Assembly: GCA_043811535.1 (NCBI GenBank)
Contig: JBDRNC010000017.1
Span: 96,001-160,000, forward strand
Direction of reading: 5' to 3'
Source: Elusimicrobiota bacterium
GTDB lineage: Bacteria > Elusimicrobiota > Endomicrobiia > Endomicrobiales > JBDRNC01
Length of the DNA stretch: 64,000 bases
A program made the position numbers and the translations under genes. This document shows positions 11,101 through 19,581 of this stretch, one piece after another. A model generated the notes under the pieces. That model was given only the letters and a program-made list of their open reading frames with translations, searched no databases and was not told the DNA's origin. Within the stretch, counting starts at the first letter, position 1, and every line of letters starts with the position of its first letter.

Positions 11101-11870
11101 TTTCTCAAGTACCGTACTTTCATCGGATTTACTTTGCCTGAAAATGCTATGAAGTAGTTGTTTTCAAATGAAGGTTTGTTATAAACAGGTTCTATCATCG
11201 TGGTCAGATCAAGGATGTTTCCCCCCGCTTCCTTCAATATGATGTGGCCTGCGGCTATGTCCCATTCTTTAGAACCGTTGTATCTCGGATATATGTTGAC
11301 TGTCCCGAGCGATAGACGACCGAATTTGAGGGAAGACCCTATTTGCCGTACTTCAGTGATAGAGTTTAACTTGATGAATTCGTCTATCTGGTCGGTGTCG
11401 TGGAATCTGCTCTTGACCAGAATATGATCCGGCGGTTCGAATTGAGGCATCCTGAGAGTCTTTCCGTCCTTATTAATGAAAGCCCCGCCGCCGGACTCCG
11501 CGAAAAATAGTTCGTCAAGGAAAGGCGCGTAGATAACGCCTGCTTTTGGATTATTGTCCGTTATTAGCGCTATGTTTATTGAGAATTCACCGTTTTTAGC
11601 TATGAAATCCTTGGATCCGTCCAACGGATCTATCAGAAAATATTCCTTCCATTCGCGCCTTGTTTCATAAGGCACTGGTGACTCTTCGCTTATGCATGGA
11701 ATTTTGAATTCACGTTTGAGTTCTTCGATTATGAATTCATTTGATAATTTATCAGCGCGCGTCAGCGGCGAGAGGTCTTTTTTGAACGAAACCTGGAAGT
11801 CATCGGAGTCATACACCTCCAATATCAGTTTTCCGGCATTTCTGGCGATTGATACTAATTTATTCAGCAT
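11097..11870 (-). CDS. cysQ: 3'(2'),5'-bisphosphate nucleotidase
   Basis: SPLTRAD, SEES, IDPLDGSKDF...GEFSINIA, GSSLK, YPR, EWDIAAG. Confidence 0.9.
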   Translation of the reverse strand: MLNKLVSIARNAGKLILEVYDSDDFQVSFKKDLSPLTRADKLSNEFIIEELKREFKIPCISEESPVPYETRREWKEYFLIDPLDGSKDFIAKNGEFSINIALITDNNPKAGVIYAPFLDELFFAESGGGAFINKDGKTLRMPQFEPPDHILVKSRFHDTDQIDEFIKLNSITEVRQIGSSLKFGRLSLGTVNIYPRYNGSKEWDIAAGHIILKEAGGNILDLTTMIEPVYNKPSFENNYFIAFSGKVNPMKVRYLRK

Positions 11871-12462
11871 TAAATATTCTTTTAAATAATTTTATATCCG
11901 ACGTTTTAAAGGGTTTGTTTCTTTCAGGATGCCACATTATACCCGTGATCGGATGCTTTCTGTGCTTGATAGCTTTGACAATCCCGTCGCGTGCTATTGC
12001 CCAAGTGTGGAAAGCATCCTTTGAATTGTTTGTACCGAATCGATGGAAACTATTTACCGTAGTGATTTTATTGTTTATCAAGATAGGCATACGGCGCTTC
12101 ACGTGTCCTTTGATCTTGCGTAGTTTGATTCCGTAAATATGTTGTATGAACTGCATACCCCTGCATACGCCCATCAGGGGTAGATTATTTTTCTTGGCGT
12201 AATGCACTAGAATAAGTTCGGTTTTATCGCGTTCAGGAGTATTTCCTCCGTACGCGGCGAGAGTGTTGCCTCCGGTCAGAAGTACCCCGCATGGTTTAGA
12301 GCTACTGATGATGTTTCTGGCTATCAACGGATTATTCGGGATTAGCAGCGGCAAAATACCGCATCTTTTCAGGAACGCGGCCCATCTTTGGTCCAGAGAA
12401 TCCCTTGTCTCCTTTATTTCTTTGATAAAAAATACATTTTGAGTTATTGCGATTAATTTCAT
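11860..12462 (-). CDS. Class I glutamine amidotransferase/peptidase C26, Cj1417-like gamma-glutamyl-CDP-amidate hydrolase
   Basis: ETRDSLDQRW, LTGGN, GVCRGMQ (catalytic Cys), VNSFH, MWHPER (His-Glu). Confidence 0.85.
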   Translation of the reverse strand: MKLIAITQNVFFIKEIKETRDSLDQRWAAFLKRCGILPLLIPNNPLIARNIISSSKPCGVLLTGGNTLAAYGGNTPERDKTELILVHYAKKNNLPLMGVCRGMQFIQHIYGIKLRKIKGHVKRRMPILINNKITTVNSFHRFGTNNSKDAFHTWAIARDGIVKAIKHRKHPITGIMWHPERNKPFKTSDIKLFKRIFNAE

Positions 12463-12469
12463 TATTCCG

Positions 12470-14797
12470 TTACCTGATGATAATTACCTGCTTGTTAGGG
12501 CAGTCCAGTCTTATAGCTTTTGCTTTCGACCATTTTGAGAACAGTGTTTCCCCGCATCCGATAGCTGCTGGTATCCCGAGTTCGGCCGCCCGGATCGCCA
12601 TATGCGAATTGACCCCGCCGTACATCGTGATGAAACCTAATATACGGTGAGAGAAAATCCAGTCATAACCCGGATCAGCGTTCGGTATAAAAACTATTGC
12701 GCCCTTGATGTTTTTAAGGCCGGAATCCACGAATGCCACATTGCCTTCGGCGATCTTTAGCGTGATGAAATTGGGCTGGAACTGCGGCATGTGGAACGAC
12801 CAGACATCTTCCGGCTTAATTATCAGCGGGGGCAAAGTCAACTGACAGGTCAGCGAGTAATCCTTTTCGCCCTTAGTTATGCTCTCTCCAAAAGCTGCTT
12901 TAACGCTTCTACTCGAACCGTAAAGTTCCCTGGCCGAACAAATATCAAGATAAGATATCTGTTCCGTGCTGAATCCCAGTCTGTTTCCAGTTTTTTTAAT
13001 CAGCGATATGGAATCACTGACACTCTTTGTGAAAATGAATTTTGCGTATTCCCTGCCTTCTATAGACGCTTTTATGAATTCAAAAAGCCCTTCCGCGTCA
13101 TAGTTGAGTTGATGTTCCTTTAGGAGCGCGTCAGTTTTTTTCCGCTGTTTAACGGAAAAAGCGAAATTCCTGCTTTTTCCCCGTCTTTGCGGGTGTTTAA
13201 GTCTGTTCCATGAAAAATATTTATCCGGTTGTTCATCATACCTGGGTGAAAGAATATCGTAAGTCCCGGGGCGCAGGTGACCGTACCGTTCCAGGAAGTC
13301 CTTGCGGCTCAGAGCTGAAAAATCATAGGTCATTTTCGCTCCAACCGTGTTAAGGTCTTCCATAAAACTGTTGAATTCATTCTGATCGAGAATATTAACG
13401 TTGACCAGCGATTTGAGTAATTGAACCGCTATGAAAGCCGCTCGAGCAAGCCCGGCGAACGGCAATGTACCGTAACGTTTGCAGTATTCTATCAGCCAGT
13501 AGATTTTTGATATCTCGTCCAATGGGCTGTTTAATATACTAGACCTGCGGACATCAAGTTGTTTGATTTTTTCAAGATCGTTTCTCCAGAGGCCAGTGTT
13601 GCGGTTAATGATGTTTTTTGTGAGATTCCTAAGCGAATGGAGAATGCTGTCGCAGTCCCCGGCGCTGAATCCATTGGCACGTAGCTTCGCGAGGCGTCCC
13701 GGAAGATCCAGGGTATAGCAAGAAAAAACTATCTCGAATTCAACTTTATCGTGATTGAATGGAAATTTAATCAGCTGGTCTATATAGTAATTAACGAGCC
13801 TCTCGGTTAACTCTGGTTTAAGGTCAGCTGGCACGAAAGAGTTAAAATCAACTCTTAAGTCGATATACGGCAGACCGTAAAAACTGTAAAGCAATGGAAA
13901 GCTCCTGAGATTCTTGTACCCATAATTGTCGCGCTGGTAGGCCCAGATACTGTCAGTTATGAGTTCCTTGTAAAGGCTCAGCGCGAGCGGTCTCGGTCTG
14001 ACGCCGATCATTTCGGCCGGGTTCCAGTCGGGCATCACGCCAAGAACGGTGCGTTTCCCGTGAAGATACGGATGATATAGATTCAGCTCGCTGATTTTGC
14101 GGTTAATATCCTTAATCGCATTGAGGTGAAGCTCCGTATCGGCCGTTTTGAGTTTGAATGCGAGGGGCCGGACCTGCAGGAGGTATATCTCGTATTTTTT
14201 AGTAACTGCGAATTCGATGTCAAGCGAATCCGACGAGAAAAGCTCTTCAAGTTCGAAAACCAGATTGACGATTTTAGAGAATTTTGCCGGTACCTTCGTC
14301 CCGGAGTATTTATAGAAATAGAAAGCCTTGGTCTCGTTAGACTTTCCGGAGGTTACCGTAGATGTGTTGCCCGTGACATCATCATAATTTATAACGATAT
14401 AGTTTCCGCCAGTATTAGGGTCCCTGCTGAATACAACCCCGCTTATCAAGATGCCGGAAAGCATTGGTTGAATGAAAAACTGGTCATTCTTGCCGCAGTT
14501 ATCAAAGGATGATATTACTTTATTTATGGCGGAAACGAGTCCGTTTTCACCTATGACATCAGGTACTGAAGTGAAATGCCCCGCCATTGATGAGTTTCGC
14601 AAATCCTCAGAAAATGCGCTGCTTCTGACGATCATCGGGACGTTCATTAACCCCGAATTCCTGATTTTATTCAATACTTTCTTACGCGAAGTGTTCCATG
14701 CGTGTACGGTAAACGTTTGCTGGGATAATACCTTGGCGCCCGTTATCACGCGCGCGAGGCGCTTAAGTGTTTCGGCTTTAGTGCCAAATTTAATCAT
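12470..14797 (-). CDS. PEP-utilizer/dikinase-family enzyme, Cj1418-like L-glutamine kinase
   Basis: TKAETL, IVRSSA..ED...SMAG ATP-grasp; DIEFA...LLQVRP; GVMPDWNPAEMIG; YGHLRPGTYDI; C-terminal phospho-His domain ADPGYDW...GGVNSHMAIRAAELGIP; 775 aa. Confidence 0.88.
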   Translation of the reverse strand: MIKFGTKAETLKRLARVITGAKVLSQQTFTVHAWNTSRKKVLNKIRNSGLMNVPMIVRSSAFSEDLRNSSMAGHFTSVPDVIGENGLVSAINKVISSFDNCGKNDQFFIQPMLSGILISGVVFSRDPNTGGNYIVINYDDVTGNTSTVTSGKSNETKAFYFYKYSGTKVPAKFSKIVNLVFELEELFSSDSLDIEFAVTKKYEIYLLQVRPLAFKLKTADTELHLNAIKDINRKISELNLYHPYLHGKRTVLGVMPDWNPAEMIGVRPRPLALSLYKELITDSIWAYQRDNYGYKNLRSFPLLYSFYGLPYIDLRVDFNSFVPADLKPELTERLVNYYIDQLIKFPFNHDKVEFEIVFSCYTLDLPGRLAKLRANGFSAGDCDSILHSLRNLTKNIINRNTGLWRNDLEKIKQLDVRRSSILNSPLDEISKIYWLIEYCKRYGTLPFAGLARAAFIAVQLLKSLVNVNILDQNEFNSFMEDLNTVGAKMTYDFSALSRKDFLERYGHLRPGTYDILSPRYDEQPDKYFSWNRLKHPQRRGKSRNFAFSVKQRKKTDALLKEHQLNYDAEGLFEFIKASIEGREYAKFIFTKSVSDSISLIKKTGNRLGFSTEQISYLDICSARELYGSSRSVKAAFGESITKGEKDYSLTCQLTLPPLIIKPEDVWSFHMPQFQPNFITLKIAEGNVAFVDSGLKNIKGAIVFIPNADPGYDWIFSHRILGFITMYGGVNSHMAIRAAELGIPAAIGCGETLFSKWSKAKAIRLDCPNKQVIIIR

Positions 14798-14799
14798 TT

Positions 14800-15570
14800 C
14801 TAGTCATCCCGTTTTGTCGATTTAACCGTCCACGCCCTTGTCTTATAGTACATCGTGACGGTTTCGCGTTGCGCGGTTAGGTCTTTGATAAAATTAAGTA
14901 TCCGGCTGAACTTCTTTTTTCCTGCTTGAACTCTGATATCGTTGACGGATTTCCAGACTCCGATATAGCGCTGCCTGCTCATTTTTACAATATGTCCCGA
15001 CTCTATGAAAACAGGATCCTTAAAATCTTTTGTTGAAACCAGGATGTTATCCATATTCTTTGTGTATTCTTTTGATCCGGAAGATACTCTTTTGAGATCC
15101 GGTAAAAGTTCCCTGATATATTTGTCAACACGCTGATCGGTGACGCTCTTTTCAAGGTCTCTTGGATTCCAAAGAACCGTCAGGAATCCTCCTTTTTTCA
15201 GGATCCTGCGGAATTCCCTTAAGGCTTGGGCGGTTTTAGTCCAGTGGAATGAAGACCCCATGAGCACCCAGTCAACAGATGAATCAGGAAGCCCGGTATG
15301 TTCAGCGGTGCCTTTTCTCCAGCAAAAATCACTCAAAGCGAGTTTTTGTCCTTCCTTGCGCATCGGGCCATTCGGCTCGACAGCGTACCCGGAAAAGCCG
15401 AGTTCCGCAAGGTTTTCAGTCAATTTACCGGTCCCCGCACCTACGTCAGCTACCTTAAATCCGTCCGAAAACGCGTTTATGTAGCGGCCGATTATTTCAA
15501 GGACACTGAGAGAGTATCCGGGCCTGTTAATATAATGTTTTGCTAATTCCGTGAAATCACCGTGCCTCAT
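14800..15570 (-). CDS. Class I SAM methyltransferase, Cj1419-like
   Basis: GDFTELAKHYINRPGYS, ADVGAGTGKLT, MGSSFHW, WNPR. Start moved to ATG 15570 (GGGAG upstream). Confidence 0.85.
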   Translation of the reverse strand: MRHGDFTELAKHYINRPGYSLSVLEIIGRYINAFSDGFKVADVGAGTGKLTENLAELGFSGYAVEPNGPMRKEGQKLALSDFCWRKGTAEHTGLPDSSVDWVLMGSSFHWTKTAQALREFRRILKKGGFLTVLWNPRDLEKSVTDQRVDKYIRELLPDLKRVSSGSKEYTKNMDNILVSTKDFKDPVFIESGHIVKMSRQRYIGVWKSVNDIRVQAGKKKFSRILNFIKDLTAQRETVTMYYKTRAWTVKSTKRDD

Positions 15571-16105
15571 GAGTTCGCTCCCTGACAATTTTCTTGTAGT
15601 GCAGTTTTATTATCTGGCCGGGCGTTAATGCCCCATCGTTGTTAATTACGATGTCCGGGTGTCGGGGTTCTTCGAAGTGCAGGTCAACTCCGACAACATT
15701 TATTAGTCTTCCTTTATGCGCTCTGCTGTAAATCCTTTTTCTATCTCTTTTTACCAGTACTTCATATGGTACTTTCAGGTAAATTTCTCTATAATTTTGT
15801 ATGTTCCTGCGGTTCCATCTCCGAAGGTCATGGAACATCGAAATAGTCGAGCAGATTACATCAATATTCTGATCTGAAAGTAATTTGCATAGTCTCGCGT
15901 AGCTGTAAGCTAATTGTTTTCTTTCGGCAACTGAATGACCGAACTTATTGCCAAAAACCCTTCTCAGTTTGTCTCCATCCAGCATGATGACATTTTGCTT
16001 CACTTTCTTAATCCTTCCTAGTAAAAGCCTGGCTATTGTTGTTTTGCCTGACCCCGAAAGCCCGGTGATCCAAAAAGTGGTTCCTTTTTTCATTTCATTT
16101 CCCAT
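15557..16105 (-). CDS. APS-kinase family protein, Cj1415-like (putative cytidine diphosphoramidate 3'-kinase)
   Basis: WITGLSGSGKTT, LDGD; has TISMF and NVVGVD in place of the FISP/FTGI motifs typical of sulfate-assimilation CysC. Confidence 0.82.
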   Translation of the reverse strand: MGNEMKKGTTFWITGLSGSGKTTIARLLLGRIKKVKQNVIMLDGDKLRRVFGNKFGHSVAERKQLAYSYARLCKLLSDQNIDVICSTISMFHDLRRWNRRNIQNYREIYLKVPYEVLVKRDRKRIYSRAHKGRLINVVGVDLHFEEPRHPDIVINNDGALTPGQIIKLHYKKIVRERTHEAR

Positions 16106-16111
16106 TTAAAT

Positions 16112-17398
16112 TTAAAAAAGTAATTTTGTCAGGCGCAATCTGGGATTAAAAAGTTTAATCCAGCCCAGAAAGAGTTCGATACGGATGAAAGTATAATCTT
16201 TTAATATCAATAATCCGATTATGAACGGAGAAAAAAGGAATACGAACAGTTTCATGGGAGGAATCAATACCGCTATTCTGGGAATTACCTTCTTCAGCCG
16301 GCGCGTAAAAATAAAAGGGATCGCATTCAGTGCTTTATCTATTCTCCATTTCAAAACCGATATTTCAGATCTCAGTGGAAAAAAAAGCGTAAAAAAAGTG
16401 AGGAACCTTTGAGCGAAATCGGCACTTTTTTCCGGATACTCGTATTGCCACGCTTCGGAATGGCGCGCGAATAAACAGAATAATCTCGTCTTGTCGAAAT
16501 CACTGATAATGCCGGAATGCTTCTGCGAAACGATTTCTTTAGAAGTTCCTGAAACTCTGATGGAGCCCGGCATGTTCCACCATTTCATCCCGTCAAACGT
16601 GCTTTCAAGCAGGCAATCGTTCCATGGTATGCCGATCCAACCGCACAATTTTGTCATTATTACTTTTAGATCAGAATGCAGGTCTTCGAGGCGAACGGCA
16701 ACACTGTTGTCGAAACATTTGACGAAATGCGGCCTATCTCCGAACAACCGGTATGAATGAAACAGCCCCCAGTACTTACCCGTATCGTTCAGCAACTGGG
16801 CAAGCGAACATTCGACGGGATTCAAATGCGAATCTCCCCTCATGTTGTGGTTTATCAAAGAACCGAGGTTTCGCAAGGGATTTCTTACGGTATAAATGAA
16901 TCTTGCATCCGAAAAATCTTCAAGCAGGTACCCAATGTGCCTTTTGGGAAGGCTGTGGATAGGAAAAATAATAGTTTCGGAATGACTTAACGTTTTTGAG
17001 CGAATAGCGGCATATGTCTCAAAAACCGCAGTAAAAAAATTTCTTCTTGAAGGCAATCCGGATTCGCGGAGCCGGGCCCGCAAGCCTTCCCTGAATTCGT
17101 CAGTTGCTAAAAACACGGAATCCTTCATGTCTGGCCCCATCTGATCCAGTCCCCACAATTTCGGGGCTCCCTTCGGAGAGAACCAATAAGCATGCTTATC
17201 AATGAATGTATTTATAAGACCGTCGAGATCCTTGCAATTCTGATTTTCCCAAAAGTAGAAAAAATCTCTGCTATACAAGGCTGGTAGACATAAAAGGTCA
17301 GGATGACCGTCCAGAAGGCTTTGAAGAAAAAGACTGCCGGATCTTCCGTAATTCTGAACAGCTATGACATTATGATCAGCGGGTTTATTCATTAACAT
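16112..17398 (-). CDS. Sulfotransferase-fold protein with C-terminal hydrophobic segments
   Basis: NYGRSGSLFLQSLLDGHP (5'-PSB loop), VRNPLRNLGS (3'-phosphate-binding R-x7-S), VRLEDL...LCGWIGIPW. Confidence 0.75.
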   Translation of the reverse strand: MLMNKPADHNVIAVQNYGRSGSLFLQSLLDGHPDLLCLPALYSRDFFYFWENQNCKDLDGLINTFIDKHAYWFSPKGAPKLWGLDQMGPDMKDSVFLATDEFREGLRARLRESGLPSRRNFFTAVFETYAAIRSKTLSHSETIIFPIHSLPKRHIGYLLEDFSDARFIYTVRNPLRNLGSLINHNMRGDSHLNPVECSLAQLLNDTGKYWGLFHSYRLFGDRPHFVKCFDNSVAVRLEDLHSDLKVIMTKLCGWIGIPWNDCLLESTFDGMKWWNMPGSIRVSGTSKEIVSQKHSGIISDFDKTRLFCLFARHSEAWQYEYPEKSADFAQRFLTFFTLFFPLRSEISVLKWRIDKALNAIPFIFTRRLKKVIPRIAVLIPPMKLFVFLFSPFIIGLLILKDYTFIRIELFLGWIKLFNPRLRLTKLLF

Positions 17399-17544
17399 GT
17401 ATTTATCTCGTTCCCGATACTGCTACTATCCATGAATATTTACTATTGTCCAGCCCGGAACTATAGAAGTTCCACATGCGCATACTGACGCGTGCTGAAA
17501 AAGACGATATCGCTTACCTTCCGAATGTATTCCGTCTGTCTTTT

Positions 17545-18516
17545 TCAATGATTATGTTTGTAAAAAGAACGATACCACTCTATCGTTTTACTGATCCCGT
17601 CATCAAGAATTATTTTCGGGTTCCAGCCGAACAGGTCGCGGGCTTTAGAGCTGTCCAGGCTGACTCGCGTGTTTAGATTCGGTTTAGAAGAATCGAATTC
17701 TATGTTAAGGTTTTTCCCTGAGATTTGGATTATTTTTTTGACAAGCGCGCCGACCCCTATCGAACTGCCGCTTCCGGCGTTAATCAGTTCAAATTTTGAA
17801 TTTTGCTTCGATACGACCGCTTTTACCAAGTCAACAAGATCCGCGACATGCAGTAAATCCCTTTCTTCTTTTCCTTCTCCCCAAACTGTTATTTTATCCC
17901 CGTCTTTAGCCGTCATGACTTTTGTCATGGTGGCTCCGAATACGTGGGAATGCTCAAGATCGTACTTGTCGTATGGACCGTATATATTAGAATGCCTGAT
18001 TACCGTGAATTTGGTATTTCCTGTCCTTGAATAGAATTCGCACATTTTTTCGTTGCAAATCTTTGTCCATCCAGCCCCGAAATACGCGCCCAAAATATCC
18101 TTATTGGCGTCGAAATCAGTTTCCTTGATGGGAATTTCGCTCGATTGATACATTATCGTACAGCTGAAAAAAACAAGATGCTTGACTTTCAACTCAACCG
18201 CGTTCTTGAATATCAGTGCGTTCATGACAGCGTTATCGGTTACGTGATAATGGGGTTTGCTGAATATATCTTTTACTCCGGAAGTTGTTGCAGCCGCCTG
18301 AATGACTATATCAATGCCGCTTAATACGCGTTTAACGTCCTTTTCGGAAGTAAGATCGGCTTTAAGCATCTTAATCTTTTTGGATTTTAACGGGGCCGAG
18401 TCAAGGAAAGTGCCGTAAACCTCGCAGGCGCGATTTTCGGAGAGCGACTCCGCGATATTCCTTCCTATAAAACCGGTGCTTCCGCAGACGAGTATTTTCT
18501 GTTTCACTTTGTCCAT
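17545..18516 (-). CDS. NAD(P)-dependent epimerase/reductase, GDP-fucose-synthase-like, atypical active site
   Basis: GSTGFIG, SNIYGPYD, VWGEG..ERD. Start moved to ATG 18516, which overlaps the upstream gene. Confidence 0.82.
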   Translation of the reverse strand: MDKVKQKILVCGSTGFIGRNIAESLSENRACEVYGTFLDSAPLKSKKIKMLKADLTSEKDVKRVLSGIDIVIQAAATTSGVKDIFSKPHYHVTDNAVMNALIFKNAVELKVKHLVFFSCTIMYQSSEIPIKETDFDANKDILGAYFGAGWTKICNEKMCEFYSRTGNTKFTVIRHSNIYGPYDKYDLEHSHVFGATMTKVMTAKDGDKITVWGEGKEERDLLHVADLVDLVKAVVSKQNSKFELINAGSGSSIGVGALVKKIIQISGKNLNIEFDSSKPNLNTRVSLDSSKARDLFGWNPKIILDDGISKTIEWYRSFYKHNH

Positions 18517-19490
18517 GTTTTCATGTTTTGTTTCCACCATAGAGTTGTATTTATTATCCCATCCTCCGTAGTATGCTCTGGTTTCCAATCAAGCGACTTC
18601 AACGCTTTTGTTATATCTATTGAACGGAGTTTCGCCGTTGTAGGCTTGTCGGACTTGTATTCGATTTTCGACGGGTTATGCCCCGCGGCTTTCAACGCGA
18701 GTTTTACGGCTTCGGCCACTGTGATCTTGCAGCCCGAACCTATATTGAATGTGTCGAACTTGATCCTGTCGGCGTTTAGCATTGCAATAACTGCGGCCGC
18801 GAAGTCTTCGGAGTAGATCACATCCCGCGCGACATCCGGTTGTCCCCATATTTCGAAAGGGTCCGTTCTGTCTACTGCCTTTCTGATCAACGCGGGAATG
18901 AATGTGGATGTATCCGGATCAAATTTGGAATACGGCCCGAAAATATTCGAGGCCCTGACGATCAATACTTCAAGGCCGAAGCTGTTATGCCAGAACCTGC
19001 ACAGCTTTTCAAGGTACCGCATGATCCAGGCGACTCCGTAATAAGCCGGATGAGGGTCTTGATTCAGGTCAAGCTGATCCTCTTTAATGTCCCCGTCAAA
19101 TTGCTGGTACACCGTAGCCGAACTGATGAAGACTACCCGCTTGACTTTCTCCGCGTGAAAAGCCTCAAACAGTCGTGCGTTGATTATAAGATTGTCGCTG
19201 ACTTGCAGGTGCGGCTTGGAAACGCTGGAACTTGCGCCGTATGAATTTGCGGCAGCCATAACGGCACAGTCGCATCCTTTTGCGGCCTTCCTGCAGTTGT
19301 CCGGATCCCTAAGGTCCGATTTTACGTATTTTATCCGCTTATCCTTGATAAGAGGATTTGTGGTCCTGTAGGAGGCCGAAATGAGCGTATTCGGATAGAA
19401 AGACAGCAGGTGCTTAATGACAGCGGTGCCTGCCAGGCCGGTTGCTCCGGCTACAAATACGCGTTTATTGTCTAAATATGAGTTTGGCAT
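18504..19490 (-). CDS. NAD(P)-dependent epimerase/reductase, GDP-fucose-synthase-like, atypical active site
   Basis: GATGLAG, SSATVY, SNIFGP, IPALIRK, IWG....RDVIY. Confidence 0.82.
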   Translation of the reverse strand: MPNSYLDNKRVFVAGATGLAGTAVIKHLLSFYPNTLISASYRTTNPLIKDKRIKYVKSDLRDPDNCRKAAKGCDCAVMAAANSYGASSSVSKPHLQVSDNLIINARLFEAFHAEKVKRVVFISSATVYQQFDGDIKEDQLDLNQDPHPAYYGVAWIMRYLEKLCRFWHNSFGLEVLIVRASNIFGPYSKFDPDTSTFIPALIRKAVDRTDPFEIWGQPDVARDVIYSEDFAAAVIAMLNADRIKFDTFNIGSGCKITVAEAVKLALKAAGHNPSKIEYKSDKPTTAKLRSIDITKALKSLDWKPEHTTEDGIINTTLWWKQNMKTWTK

Positions 19491-19581
19491 AAATGATGAC
19501 GTTTAATGTGATTTACGTTTTGCCGCACCTTGTAATACTTGCCTGACCGTATAATCCCCCAAAGATAAGTGTCATAAGAAA

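Noticed and set aside
12470..14797. Calling this PEP synthase/PPDK, or the module a phosphonate pathway
   Set aside because: No C-terminal PEP/pyruvate TIM barrel (the phospho-His domain is terminal), and no PEP mutase (EDK...N motif) is seen in the window.
11097..17398. Reading the kinase + cysQ + sulfotransferase as an ordinary sulfation pathway
   Set aside because: Disfavoured but not excluded: no ATP sulfurylase is in the window, the kinase has Cj1415-type motifs, and the genes are interleaved with Cj1416-Cj1419 homologues.
17399..17544. Possible pseudogene fragment in a 146-nt gap
   Set aside because: Manual translation of the minus-strand frames gave nothing recognisable.
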